From: a virus
Lineage: Duplodnaviria; Caudoviricetes
Direction: 5' to 3' (one strand)
Length of the DNA stretch: 54,758 nt
Virus record (IMG/VR): IMGVR_UViG_3300025771_000034
Span: 1-54,758 of that record
The notes under the pieces were generated by a model. It saw only the letters and a program-made list of their open reading frames with translations. It made no database searches and had not been told where the DNA came from. This document shows positions 1-8,164 of the stretch, in pieces. Position 1 is the first letter of the stretch. Each line of letters starts with the position of its first letter. The translations under genes were made by a program, and so were the position numbers.

Positions 1-269
1 CCTTGCCTATTTACTCTTGCAACATAAAGAATCGCTCCCTTTGCATTTTGTCCAGCGGTTTTAATTGCAACTTCTTCTGCATGTCGTGAACAATGAACCT
101 TAATTAGTTCCTCTGGAAACAGGTCTGTATGATTTTTAAACTTGTTAAAACCATAGCCAACGACTCTTCCAGATTTGATTACGACAGCACCATGCCTTTT
201 ATTTTCCTCAGATCTTTCTGCCAAGGATCGTGCAAGATTAAGATAAGAAACATCTTTATTGCTCAACAT
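1..269 (-). CDS. Cytidine/deoxycytidylate deaminase family protein (3'-truncated by window edge)
   Basis: Not in the ORF track. Manual translation from ATG 269: MLSNKDVSYLNLARSLAERSEENKRHGAVVIKSGRVVGYGFN...CSRHAEEVAI...GAILYVARV. Has the HGAV..G.N and HAE motifs of the zinc deaminase fold; the PCxxC motif would lie outside the window. Confidence 0.8.
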   Translation of the reverse strand, partial: MLSNKDVSYLNLARSLAERSEENKRHGAVVIKSGRVVGYGFNKFKNHTDLFPEELIKVHCSRHAEEVAIKTAGQNAKGAILYVARVNRQ

Positions 270-270
270 A

Positions 271-618
271 TTAATCCCTGTAAATGCCAACTTCAATGTC
301 TGCCAGTTCTGCAATGCTCACAAGCTTAGATTGATTCTCATTCTTTTTACTAAAGAAGGCAAGATAAGAAACATAGTCAATGTTCTCTTCAATATAATTC
401 TCTGGGAGCTTCTTAAAGACAACCTTAAAACCTTTTTGCTTCAAATAGTTTTCTGCAGAGTTGCAAAAGGCAGCAGTAAATGAATTTATTTTGTGTGGGC
501 CAGCAGACCAGACCTCAATTATGCTTTCATTATTTGGCTGAGACAATGCTACTCCCATGGCACGCATAAAGGTATCATAGTCTTGAAATCTTTTTGTACC
601 CTGAACTGCAATAATCAT
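271..618 (-). CDS. Hypothetical phage protein, weak resemblance to SLOG/DUF2493 family
   Basis: 115 aa, tightly packed in the operon; N-terminus IIAVQGTKRFQDY resembles DUF2493-type starts. Family call is weak. Confidence 0.55.
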   Translation of the reverse strand: MIIAVQGTKRFQDYDTFMRAMGVALSQPNNESIIEVWSAGPHKINSFTAAFCNSAENYLKQKGFKVVFKKLPENYIEENIDYVSYLAFFSKKNENQSKLVSIAELADIEVGIYRD

Positions 619-917
619 CTTTGCTCCCTTATTGTTTCTACTATGTAGATAACTTCTACTGGAGACAGATCTTTTGTATTCACCTGATCTATTCTTTCAG
701 CAGATTTTTTATCTATTTTGTTGTTTTCTTGCAATCTATATAAGCCAGTTTCTTCTAGCCAATAATTATATCCATTATAGTTACAAATCGGAATTATGTC
801 AATAGATTCTTCAAATATTTTTTGATCATTCTTTGATATTTTTCCAAGGTAAAATGAAAATAAAACTACCTGAACAATAGCAATAATAACCCAAACAAAA
901 AACATGTAATCGTTCAT
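615..917 (-). CDS. Hypothetical protein with N-terminal membrane anchor
   Basis: 100 aa, hydrophobic N-terminus, ATGA overlap with the next gene; paralogous to 922..1290. Confidence 0.65.
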   Translation of the reverse strand: MNDYMFFVWVIIAIVQVVLFSFYLGKISKNDQKIFEESIDIIPICNYNGYNYWLEETGLYRLQENNKIDKKSAERIDQVNTKDLSPVEVIYIVETIREQR

Positions 918-921
918 GATA

Positions 922-1290
922 TTATGAAATACTGTCTAGTATGTCAAGCAGTTCGTTAAACTGTTTCTTTGACAAGTTATGAGCGTCAATTGGTCGTGCA
1001 GAATCTTTATCAATTTCTCCATCAACTATTTCTGTTTCATAGAAAATGTTTTGATGAACCCAATAAGCCTTTTCTCCTACAATAGCAACAGTCACGACAT
1101 ACTTCTTTCTTAGTTTTTGAGATTGAGTCTGCATGTCATTCTGCTGAAGACGACTCATCTGATTTATTTTCGTTGAGTGTTTGAATGATTCTTTGAGAGT
1201 TGATTTTATAGACAAGAAAATCATGCTCAAGTTTACTACATTTGTTACGATAATACTCAACCATAGCCTGTAGAATTTGTTCATTCTCAT
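922..1290 (-). CDS. Hypothetical protein with N-terminal membrane anchor
   Basis: 122 aa, AAGGAG SD upstream, hydrophobic N-terminus, C-terminal YW..FY..IDKDSA..ID motif. Confidence 0.7.
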   Translation of the reverse strand: MRMNKFYRLWLSIIVTNVVNLSMIFLSIKSTLKESFKHSTKINQMSRLQQNDMQTQSQKLRKKYVVTVAIVGEKAYWVHQNIFYETEIVDGEIDKDSARPIDAHNLSKKQFNELLDILDSIS

Positions 1291-1329
1291 TCATTATCTC
1301 TCCTTCTTTAGAAGTAAAGAATACATTGG

Positions 1330-1722
1330 TTATTGTTCGTTGTCAAGTTTTTTGGTAAAGGAAAACGCAGAGTCTTGCCAAACATCTTTCTTGGCCTTGG
1401 CTCTCTCTACAATCTTCCTAGACCAAGAAAATCCTGCATCCCCGCCCCAGGCATCCCACATGATACGACCGTTAGATGGGTTGGAAGTATTGTAAAAATC
1501 CTTACCTTTCTTATCAACTTCATGTCGTGAAAAGAAAGAGTACATTCTTTTTACTGTAGACAAAGACATTGATCTTCCTGCGACAATATCGCTTGCTCTA
1601 CCCCAGCCTACTGGTGTTCCCGCTCCCGTTGCTTTACCTTGCTCTTTCCATTTTAAAGCACGCCTTGCGGCAGCCTTCATTCCAGAAGTTGGTGTGTATG
1701 TTTCTTCTTTATAGAAGTCCAT
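1330..1722 (-). CDS. Conserved phage head-associated domain protein
   Basis: 130 aa with the motif set GTPVGWGRA...VKRMYSFFSRH...PSNGRIMWDAWGGDAG, recognised from phage head-morphogenesis-associated proteins. GAGGAG SD. Confidence 0.7.
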   Translation of the reverse strand: MDFYKEETYTPTSGMKAAARRALKWKEQGKATGAGTPVGWGRASDIVAGRSMSLSTVKRMYSFFSRHEVDKKGKDFYNTSNPSNGRIMWDAWGGDAGFSWSRKIVERAKAKKDVWQDSAFSFTKKLDNEQ

Positions 1723-1724
1723 TG

Positions 1725-2903
1725 TTATTTTTCTTCTCCTCTAAAAAGATTAAGAGATATTGGAGACTTTCCACCTGTTGTTGCTCTCCTAGCCTGCTTT
1801 GGAGGATTGGCAAAGATGGAAGAAAGATCTGCTGGTACATCTGTCTTGTGAGCAGAATCTGAATCAATTGACTTGTTCTCCTTATCCTTGTATCCCTTTT
1901 GCTGCATCTCTTCGTCTTCCTCATCATCATGCATTGACTTCTCTTCTTCTTTCATGCTATGTGCCTTGGCCTCTTCTTTCATGTCATGATGAGCTTTGTT
2001 AATGGACTTTAGAATTTCCATTGCATCATTAATATCTTGGTTCATTGATTTACCTACCCTCCTTAAAGTACTCATTTTATGACCAACCACGGTGTCTGTT
2101 GGTTCTCCATTTCTGTAAACTCTGATTGCTACTGCTGGATCATCTGGAGTTCCAGTAATGGTAAAGTCTGAATTTGGAACATTGTATTTTCCATTACGAA
2201 TAACTCTGGTTACCTTGCCACTTGCCCTACCGCCACTAGAATTCCAGGAAACCATGTCTCCGACTCTTACGCCTTCTGCCTTGCCAATTCTTTCCATCAT
2301 GTCATCAACAAATTCCTGCATTTGATCTCTGTTCATAGTTGGTGTTTCCATTCCTGTATTTACTAGTCCATCTGGAATTGCAGCAAGTCTGCACTTTGCC
2401 TCTTCCTCTACGAGAAATGATACGAGCTTACAAGCGATAGTTCCGTTTTCTTGTTCAACATGAAATGAACAATTGCCACACTTTACTCCTATCGCTGCAT
2501 CTTCATTTTCTGCAGCAGATTCATATCCAACCCATATACTTGATGCGCCCTGATCAAAGGGACCAAAATCTTCTGCAATACCAACGAGTGCATCGTGATA
2601 TGCTTTCTCTTCTGGAGTGAGCATGTCATAAAGACGCTCTTCTTCATGCATTGATTTTGTTGTATCCATAAATTCCCTTTTCTTTTTCTTTTTAGGTCCA
2701 ATGTATTGTGGGTATTTATTGGGGGTAGTTTCATTTGTTATAACATCTTTTTGAGCAGCCTCTGGCTCAGATGCATATAATGCTGCTAACTGTGCCCTTG
2801 CAGACGCTCTAGTTGTATGACAACCAGAAACTGAGCCGTCTGGTAGCTTTACTACTGCGTATCCAGAACAGCCACCATAATTGCGCCTAATTTCCCATGG
2901 CAT
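1725..2903 (-). CDS. Multidomain putative internal head protein (HiPIP-like 4-Cys domain + DUF2945/Hva1 Tudor-like domain)
   Basis: 392 aa; C-x2-C-x12-C-x12-C segment; VRVGDMVSWNSSGG...G.V...DDPA...VGHK Tudor-like segment; charged linkers rich in K-S/K-A. Confidence 0.65.
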   Translation of the reverse strand: MPWEIRRNYGGCSGYAVVKLPDGSVSGCHTTRASARAQLAALYASEPEAAQKDVITNETTPNKYPQYIGPKKKKKREFMDTTKSMHEEERLYDMLTPEEKAYHDALVGIAEDFGPFDQGASSIWVGYESAAENEDAAIGVKCGNCSFHVEQENGTIACKLVSFLVEEEAKCRLAAIPDGLVNTGMETPTMNRDQMQEFVDDMMERIGKAEGVRVGDMVSWNSSGGRASGKVTRVIRNGKYNVPNSDFTITGTPDDPAVAIRVYRNGEPTDTVVGHKMSTLRRVGKSMNQDINDAMEILKSINKAHHDMKEEAKAHSMKEEEKSMHDDEEDEEMQQKGYKDKENKSIDSDSAHKTDVPADLSSIFANPPKQARRATTGGKSPISLNLFRGEEK

Positions 2904-2915
2904 AGGACAATTATA

Positions 2916-3284
2916 TCATTGTTTCTCATTTTCATCAAAATATTTAGAAAAAATAGAAACTATAAAATACATTTGATTTCTTAACTTTTCATCCTCTATT
3001 GCCTCTATTTTGTTTATATCTGTACTATTTTTATTAAGTCCAATCATAGGCTCGCCATCTTCACCAAAAGTAACATCAATCATGTCTATACTCCATAGAT
3101 CAAACACTGTGGCATTTAGCTCTTGTTGTTGCATTTTTGCAAGCTCTGGCATAAGATTTTGTGTTTCTTGTGACACAAGATACATTTCGTCACCAATACT
3201 TTCATCATATCCTAAGGGCTTTAGTATTCCCATTTTAATAAGGAATTCTATCAGGTCTTGCGCTTCTTTATCATAATTTGACAT
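2916..3284 (-). CDS. Hypothetical protein
   Basis: 122 aa intact ORF between neighbouring genes; TAGAAT 6 nt upstream of the ATG. Confidence 0.7.
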   Translation of the reverse strand: MSNYDKEAQDLIEFLIKMGILKPLGYDESIGDEMYLVSQETQNLMPELAKMQQQELNATVFDLWSIDMIDVTFGEDGEPMIGLNKNSTDINKIEAIEDEKLRNQMYFIVSIFSKYFDENEKQ

Positions 3285-3293
3285 GTATATATT

Positions 3294-4322
3294 CTATCCT
3301 ATTTTTGCATGTGGAATTGATTCATTTATACTTAATGCTGATACCGTTACATATTCTGAATATTCTTCAAGGCATGAAAGATTCTCTGCTCCGCTATAAG
3401 AGCATCCACTACCTAGTCCACCACGAATTTGATTAAGAATGTGTGCAACAGAACCCTTGTATGGAACAGTAGTAGATATACCTTCTGCTACCGAAACCTT
3501 TCCTGTGGCATCTTTTTGTGCAGAAGCACTCGCCATGCCACGGAAAGCTTTTACCTCTCTACCATCAGCATCTGTTAGTATTTCTCCTGGGGACTCATCT
3601 GTCCCAGCAAGCATTGATCCAATCATTACTGCATCAGCACCAGCAGCAAAAGACTTAACCATGTCTCCACTTGTTCTTATTCCTCCATCAGCAATGATGG
3701 AACATTCTTGAAATGTTTCTGCACAATCCATAATTGATTGTAATGTTGGAACTCCATGGCCACTAACCATTCTTGTAGTGCAGGCACTCCCTCCACCAAT
3801 TCCTACGCGAACAGAGTCTGCTCCTGCTTCTGCCAACCTTAAAAATCCGTCTTTTGTAGAAACATTTCCAGCCATAATATGTGCATCTTTAAATGCGTTT
3901 CTAAGTTGTGCTACTGCCTTAGTAGCATAAGTACTATGACCGTTTGCAGTATCAACAAGAAAAACTCTTACTCCAACATTATATAAATGATCTGCCTGAG
4001 CAAGATATCCATTATTAGATGCAAGGGCAACACCAAATCTTATTTCTTTTTCTAAAAGGTTTTGAGACTTTAATATTTGTTCTTGATAAGACATATATCT
4101 ATGAAGGATTCCTATACCGCCAGCATTATGCATAGCAATACACATTTCAGTGTCACAAACTGTATCCATAGGTGCTGCTATAACAGGCAATTCTAGATTA
4201 ATTTTCTTTTTTTTATAACCTATACTCATTGACAAATTAACTTCGTGTCTTGAAGATATTGAGCTTTTTTGTGGAACAAGAAGAATATCATCAAAACACA
4301 TTGCTTTGCCTACTTTTAACAT
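3294..4322 (-). CDS. IMP dehydrogenase/GMP reductase family enzyme (no CBS domains)
   Basis: [19 protein letters not shown], catalytic [22 protein letters not shown] and EG..VPYKG motifs. Confidence 0.92.
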   Translation of the reverse strand: MLKVGKAMCFDDILLVPQKSSISSRHEVNLSMSIGYKKKKINLELPVIAAPMDTVCDTEMCIAMHNAGGIGILHRYMSYQEQILKSQNLLEKEIRFGVALASNNGYLAQADHLYNVGVRVFLVDTANGHSTYATKAVAQLRNAFKDAHIMAGNVSTKDGFLRLAEAGADSVRVGIGGGSACTTRMVSGHGVPTLQSIMDCAETFQECSIIADGGIRTSGDMVKSFAAGADAVMIGSMLAGTDESPGEILTDADGREVKAFRGMASASAQKDATGKVSVAEGISTTVPYKGSVAHILNQIRGGLGSGCSYSGAENLSCLEEYSEYVTVSALSINESIPHAKIG

Positions 4323-4330
4323 TTTGTCTC

Positions 4331-6112
4331 CTATATTAGTTTGTAGTTAGAAAGATAATTTTTTATATCATCTGTCATTTGTGGTTTTTCTTTTTCTTCT
4401 ATTAATTCTCTATTTCTATCTGCTTTAAATGAGGACCATGTGTGTACCTCTATTTCTCCAAAAGTATTTTTCTTGGAGTGAGAGATTGCATTATAAACAG
4501 ATCCACACATTGCATCAGCCAAGTCCTTTGACTTCTTTCTTGGGTGATCGACCTTGTTATTTGACACGATTCTAAGTTCCAAAAGCTCTTCTAAGAGTAT
4601 TTCAATATGTGGTGCAACAACCCGCTCTTCATAAAAAAGCATGGCAAGATCTTCATAGTGTTTCTTTGCTACTGAAAGAGTCTCTGTATTAATACCAACA
4701 CTCTTTAGATCCCGCTGAATATCAAATGACTGCCAGCGGTCAAATGTAACTAGACCAAGATTAAATCCATTTCTTCTAAGATCAATAATCCAGTTTTTTA
4801 CTTCAGATAAGTCTACTGGGCCTTCTCTACGAGGCTCCCACCAAGCAATCATATCTACAACAACAAATGGCACTACTTGAGTGTAGTCATTAAATGTTTG
4901 CACCTCTACCCATTTTTCAACATGGCTTAATGCTACTGCACACTTGTCATGTTTTTGTGCTAGGTCAGCATGTACAAAATAAGTTGTATCTGGGTTTGGT
5001 TTAAAACTAGGATCTATTCTTCTAAAAGTATCAAGCGGATTACGAATACTTAATGACTTTTCTATCTTATCCCGCGATTTAAAAAATGCATCTGAAGATA
5101 CAGTAGGCATACAGGCAAAGCGCATCATTGCATCTGCTGGATCTGTATAAAATGCAAGCTTAAAGTCTTCAATGCTTCTTGTTGGGTTTACTTCCCATGT
5201 AGGTCTTTTAAGCGCATAAACTCCAGGGAACTTATAAGACTCTATTCTGTCTTCTTCCCATTCAATATCAAAGGTGTTTCCTGGATCATCTTCTGGCAAG
5301 GCAGGATTAAGAACAAAGGTATGCTTTTTAAATTCAGTTTCTTTTTCAGCAACAACGTCATCATATCTTTTAGAGATAAAGTCACCCTTGTAACGTGGGA
5401 ATGAAAGAAGAACTACCTTTCCATAGTCGGGAAATCGTGAATCAACTGAGCCACGGAATGCTTTATAGATTGCTTCTCCTGTTTTTGCATTTTCATTGCC
5501 ACTACTTGACTCTTGGGCAAAACCAGAAATCTCATCAAGGACAGCAAGCATAAGGTTTAGACCCTCATGGCTCTCTCTTTCTGAGTGACCAGAATATACT
5601 GTGACAGCCTTATCGAACTCAACATTGTCTACTTTAGCATCATACTTTCCAGCAAACCATGGAGATTTATCAATCTTGTTTTTGAATCCTTTAAAGAAAA
5701 CATTCTTTGCTTGCTGTGCGTTTACAGCAATATTGATAATGTCAATAGCATCACCAGGGGGCTTACCAAAATATGCAGCAGGATCTTTTAAGCAAAGAAG
5801 CTTATAAACAAGATAAGCACAACCCACAGTAGAAGTGTGATCCTTACCTGATCCTTTGCCAAGTTGCAATATAACTTCTGACTTAGTATATTTCTTATAG
5901 TGTTCACTACCCTCTTCCTTTCCCATAAATCTTTGCAAATCTTTTTCTTTGTATATCTGACTCATGCACTCTACGAGAACATACTGATAGTGAGACAGTT
6001 CTGGCTGCCCTAAAAAGTCTGGGGACTTTACAAAGGTTTCTACATCTACTGGTTCTTCCTGAAATGGATTATCATCAAGAGCCTCCATGAAATCAGATAA
6101 ATCAATTGTCAA
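4331..6112 (-). CDS. terL: Terminase large subunit
   Basis: 593 aa; Walker A GKGSGKD, Walker B LAVLDE, nuclease domain HADLA...KDLADA. Confidence 0.9.
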   Translation of the reverse strand: MTIDLSDFMEALDDNPFQEEPVDVETFVKSPDFLGQPELSHYQYVLVECMSQIYKEKDLQRFMGKEEGSEHYKKYTKSEVILQLGKGSGKDHTSTVGCAYLVYKLLCLKDPAAYFGKPPGDAIDIINIAVNAQQAKNVFFKGFKNKIDKSPWFAGKYDAKVDNVEFDKAVTVYSGHSERESHEGLNLMLAVLDEISGFAQESSSGNENAKTGEAIYKAFRGSVDSRFPDYGKVVLLSFPRYKGDFISKRYDDVVAEKETEFKKHTFVLNPALPEDDPGNTFDIEWEEDRIESYKFPGVYALKRPTWEVNPTRSIEDFKLAFYTDPADAMMRFACMPTVSSDAFFKSRDKIEKSLSIRNPLDTFRRIDPSFKPNPDTTYFVHADLAQKHDKCAVALSHVEKWVEVQTFNDYTQVVPFVVVDMIAWWEPRREGPVDLSEVKNWIIDLRRNGFNLGLVTFDRWQSFDIQRDLKSVGINTETLSVAKKHYEDLAMLFYEERVVAPHIEILLEELLELRIVSNNKVDHPRKKSKDLADAMCGSVYNAISHSKKNTFGEIEVHTWSSFKADRNRELIEEKEKPQMTDDIKNYLSNYKLI

Positions 6113-6623
6113 CTATGATCACTCCGTCAGTTGCTTCAGAAAGCTTTGACATAATTTCATTACGAATTTCTGGATATTTTGTAGCAACATCTTTAAGAAT
6201 ATTTATAAGAATTTGATGCTTTTCTTCCATACGAGCAAGTTCTTCTGCTACCTCTTTATTATCTAAAAGACCTGCACGATGAAGCATGTCAAGTCTTTTT
6301 GCTTCAATATCAGCAATAAGTTTGATTGATGTTGTCTTAGCATTAAGATTTGCTGTTTGATCTGCTGTGTCAATGACCTCATATGCCTTTTTAATTAAGC
6401 TGGAATAATGTTGATCTGCACCAGCCAATGCCTCTCTTGCTCTCGCATGAATGGCTTCATTATTTGCTGCCATTTTACGCCAGTCATTGAGCAATGACAT
6501 TACACGGGTACGGGGTATGTCTAACTCCCGTGCTATCTGTGCTGTATCAGTTCCCTTTAAATATTCTGATGCAACCTTGTTTACTTCATCAAGATGCTTA
6601 ACTAGGTCTATTTCTTTTGACAC
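6102..6623 (-). CDS. HTH DNA-binding protein, probable terminase small subunit
   Basis: Overlaps the terL start; N-terminal HTH (TAQIARELDIPRTRV) followed by coiled coil. Confidence 0.6.
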   Translation of the reverse strand: MSKEIDLVKHLDEVNKVASEYLKGTDTAQIARELDIPRTRVMSLLNDWRKMAANNEAIHARAREALAGADQHYSSLIKKAYEVIDTADQTANLNAKTTSIKLIADIEAKRLDMLHRAGLLDNKEVAEELARMEEKHQILINILKDVATKYPEIRNEIMSKLSEATDGVIIVDN

Positions 6624-6891
6624 GCTTTCCTCGCTTCTTAGGCATTACCCTTACACGATCTTCATAAAAAGAACGCATACCACAACTAACACCCTTTTCT
6701 AATTCTACGCAATCAATCCAAGACCTATTATTCTCTGGATTAGTAACATGTTGGTGAAACTTAAACTTAGTACCCCAAATACCTTTTATCTTAATAATGT
6801 CCCCCTGATTTACTACCTTGCCTTCTTGTGTAGTAAAACTACCCTCTCTAATAAAGGGGTCGTTTATTTGCACCTTTTTGCGTCGTCCCAT
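6598..6891 (-). CDS. Hypothetical protein
   Basis: 97 aa, AAGGAG SD, directly downstream of a consensus promoter. Confidence 0.7.
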   Translation of the reverse strand: MGRRKKVQINDPFIREGSFTTQEGKVVNQGDIIKIKGIWGTKFKFHQHVTNPENNRSWIDCVELEKGVSCGMRSFYEDRVRVMPKKRGKRVKRNRPS

Positions 6892-6918
6892 TTTTACTCC
6901 TTTGTGGTAGGTAGGACA

Positions 6919-6947
6919 ATTCTACCATGGTGTCTATTCTTTGTCAA
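6919..6947 (-). promoter_or_regulatory. Sigma70/SigA-type promoter for the terminase operon
   Basis: TTGACA (6947-6942), 17-nt spacer ending in TGG, TAGAAT (6924-6919). Confidence 0.8.
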
Positions 6948-7149
6948 TAGTTTTAAGTCTATTTATTTCACGATTCAAATACCAGGCTGCTTTTTCCAAG
7001 TCCTGAATTTGTTTACCCTTGTATGGGGCACGCATAACATACTTTATAACATTGCCAAGACAGAAATTCATGTGTTCTGTAAGCTCTATTGTTTCAATAC
7101 CACTAGGATGTATTGTGTAATGCTTGGGATGATTTACTTCGTCATTCAT
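6934..7149 (-). CDS. DUF3310 family protein (T7 gp1.7/SaV-like)
   Basis: VNHPKHY...IE...FCLGNVIKY..RA..KG...DLEKA.WYL signature. Confidence 0.85.
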   Translation of the reverse strand: MNDEVNHPKHYTIHPSGIETIELTEHMNFCLGNVIKYVMRAPYKGKQIQDLEKAAWYLNREINRLKTIDKE

Positions 7150-7313
7150 CTTCTACCCTTTCTTCCCATCTTTAATCCGAACTTGTTCAAGTATAGATAA
7201 ATTGTTTGTACTGTGCAACCACATTCTTTTGCTATTTCTTCTGGAGTTTTCTTGTCTTGTACATAACGTTTGTGAAGCCAGCTTTTATTTTTGTAAAAAT
7301 CTTTTTTATTCAA
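7146..7313 (-). CDS. Small HTH DNA-binding protein (55 aa, TTG start)
   Basis: Not in the ORF track: MNKKDFYKNKSWLHKRYVQDKKTPEEIAKECGCTVQTIYLYLNKFGLKMGRKGRR. Fills the gap and has an ATGA overlap with the DUF3310 gene. Confidence 0.75.
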   Translation of the reverse strand: MNKKDFYKNKSWLHKRYVQDKKTPEEIAKECGCTVQTIYLYLNKFGLKMGRKGRR

Positions 7314-7893
7314 AAATGGCACCCCACTTGTCGCTTACATAAGACCCTATGCCAATTGAGTCTGCCACATCATCGTCATCAACTTTAATTTTGTATCTAT
7401 TATTAACATAGTCAATAGTCTTTTGTTTTCTTAATTCTCTTTCCTTTCCTTTATACCATGAATTAGATTTTCCTGGTGTCTTTTTTACAATTGCTTGCTT
7501 TTCTGCTGCACTCAAAAGCTTGGTCCCAATATAATTTTGCCAAGCCATAGGTGCTACATTCTTTACCGTTTTAATTCCAGCAACTTGCGCTGCTGCAATA
7601 ATTGCTCCTTGCACCAACGACAGTTGCATAGCGGTTTTTGGAGAGTTGCTATAGATAGCCGATTCAAGAATAATAGCGTCTGATCGAAAAGCTTTAAAAA
7701 ACGGGATAGCTTTTCTACAGGCATCTCCTGCTTTATAAAGAGCATCTGTGCCAACAAATCGAACCTTTCCATATTTGATCAGCCTTCCTTCCTCAAATAT
7801 TGAAAATGCCATTGAATTTGTAGAGGCATCTACTGCTATTATAGTCCTTGGTTTTGATAGACTTGCTAAACCCCTACTCTTGTTGGTACTCAA
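7306..7893 (-). CDS. RuvC-like Holliday junction resolvase
   Basis: IIAVDAS (D), ILES (E), W...G, and DDDVADSIGIG motifs. Confidence 0.85.
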   Translation of the reverse strand: MSTNKSRGLASLSKPRTIIAVDASTNSMAFSIFEEGRLIKYGKVRFVGTDALYKAGDACRKAIPFFKAFRSDAIILESAIYSNSPKTAMQLSLVQGAIIAAAQVAGIKTVKNVAPMAWQNYIGTKLLSAAEKQAIVKKTPGKSNSWYKGKERELRKQKTIDYVNNRYKIKVDDDDVADSIGIGSYVSDKWGAIFE

Positions 7894-8164
7894 AATATCC
7901 TTTCAACTCCTTTATAAAATTATTAAACTTTTTTTTGTTAATAAGGCAATTGTCACACATTCCAACATCATTATAAATGCTTAGATATGTTCCACAATCA
8001 CCAGCACATTTTTTATCTCTTCCAACTCTTTTTCTTCTTTTTTCTATTTCGTATCTTTGAAGAATTTTTTCTTTACTTGACTCCTGCCTACACTCAGCAG
8101 AGCAATAAATTTGTTTTGCTGAGTTTGGAAAAAACTCTTTGTCGCACCATGAGCAGAAAGACAT
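7874..8164 (-). CDS. Cys-rich zinc-binding hypothetical protein
   Basis: CxxC...YCSxxC...CxxxC...CxxC. Confidence 0.7.
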   Translation of the reverse strand: MSFCSWCDKEFFPNSAKQIYCSAECRQESSKEKILQRYEIEKRRKRVGRDKKCAGDCGTYLSIYNDVGMCDNCLINKKKFNNFIKELKGYFEYQQE

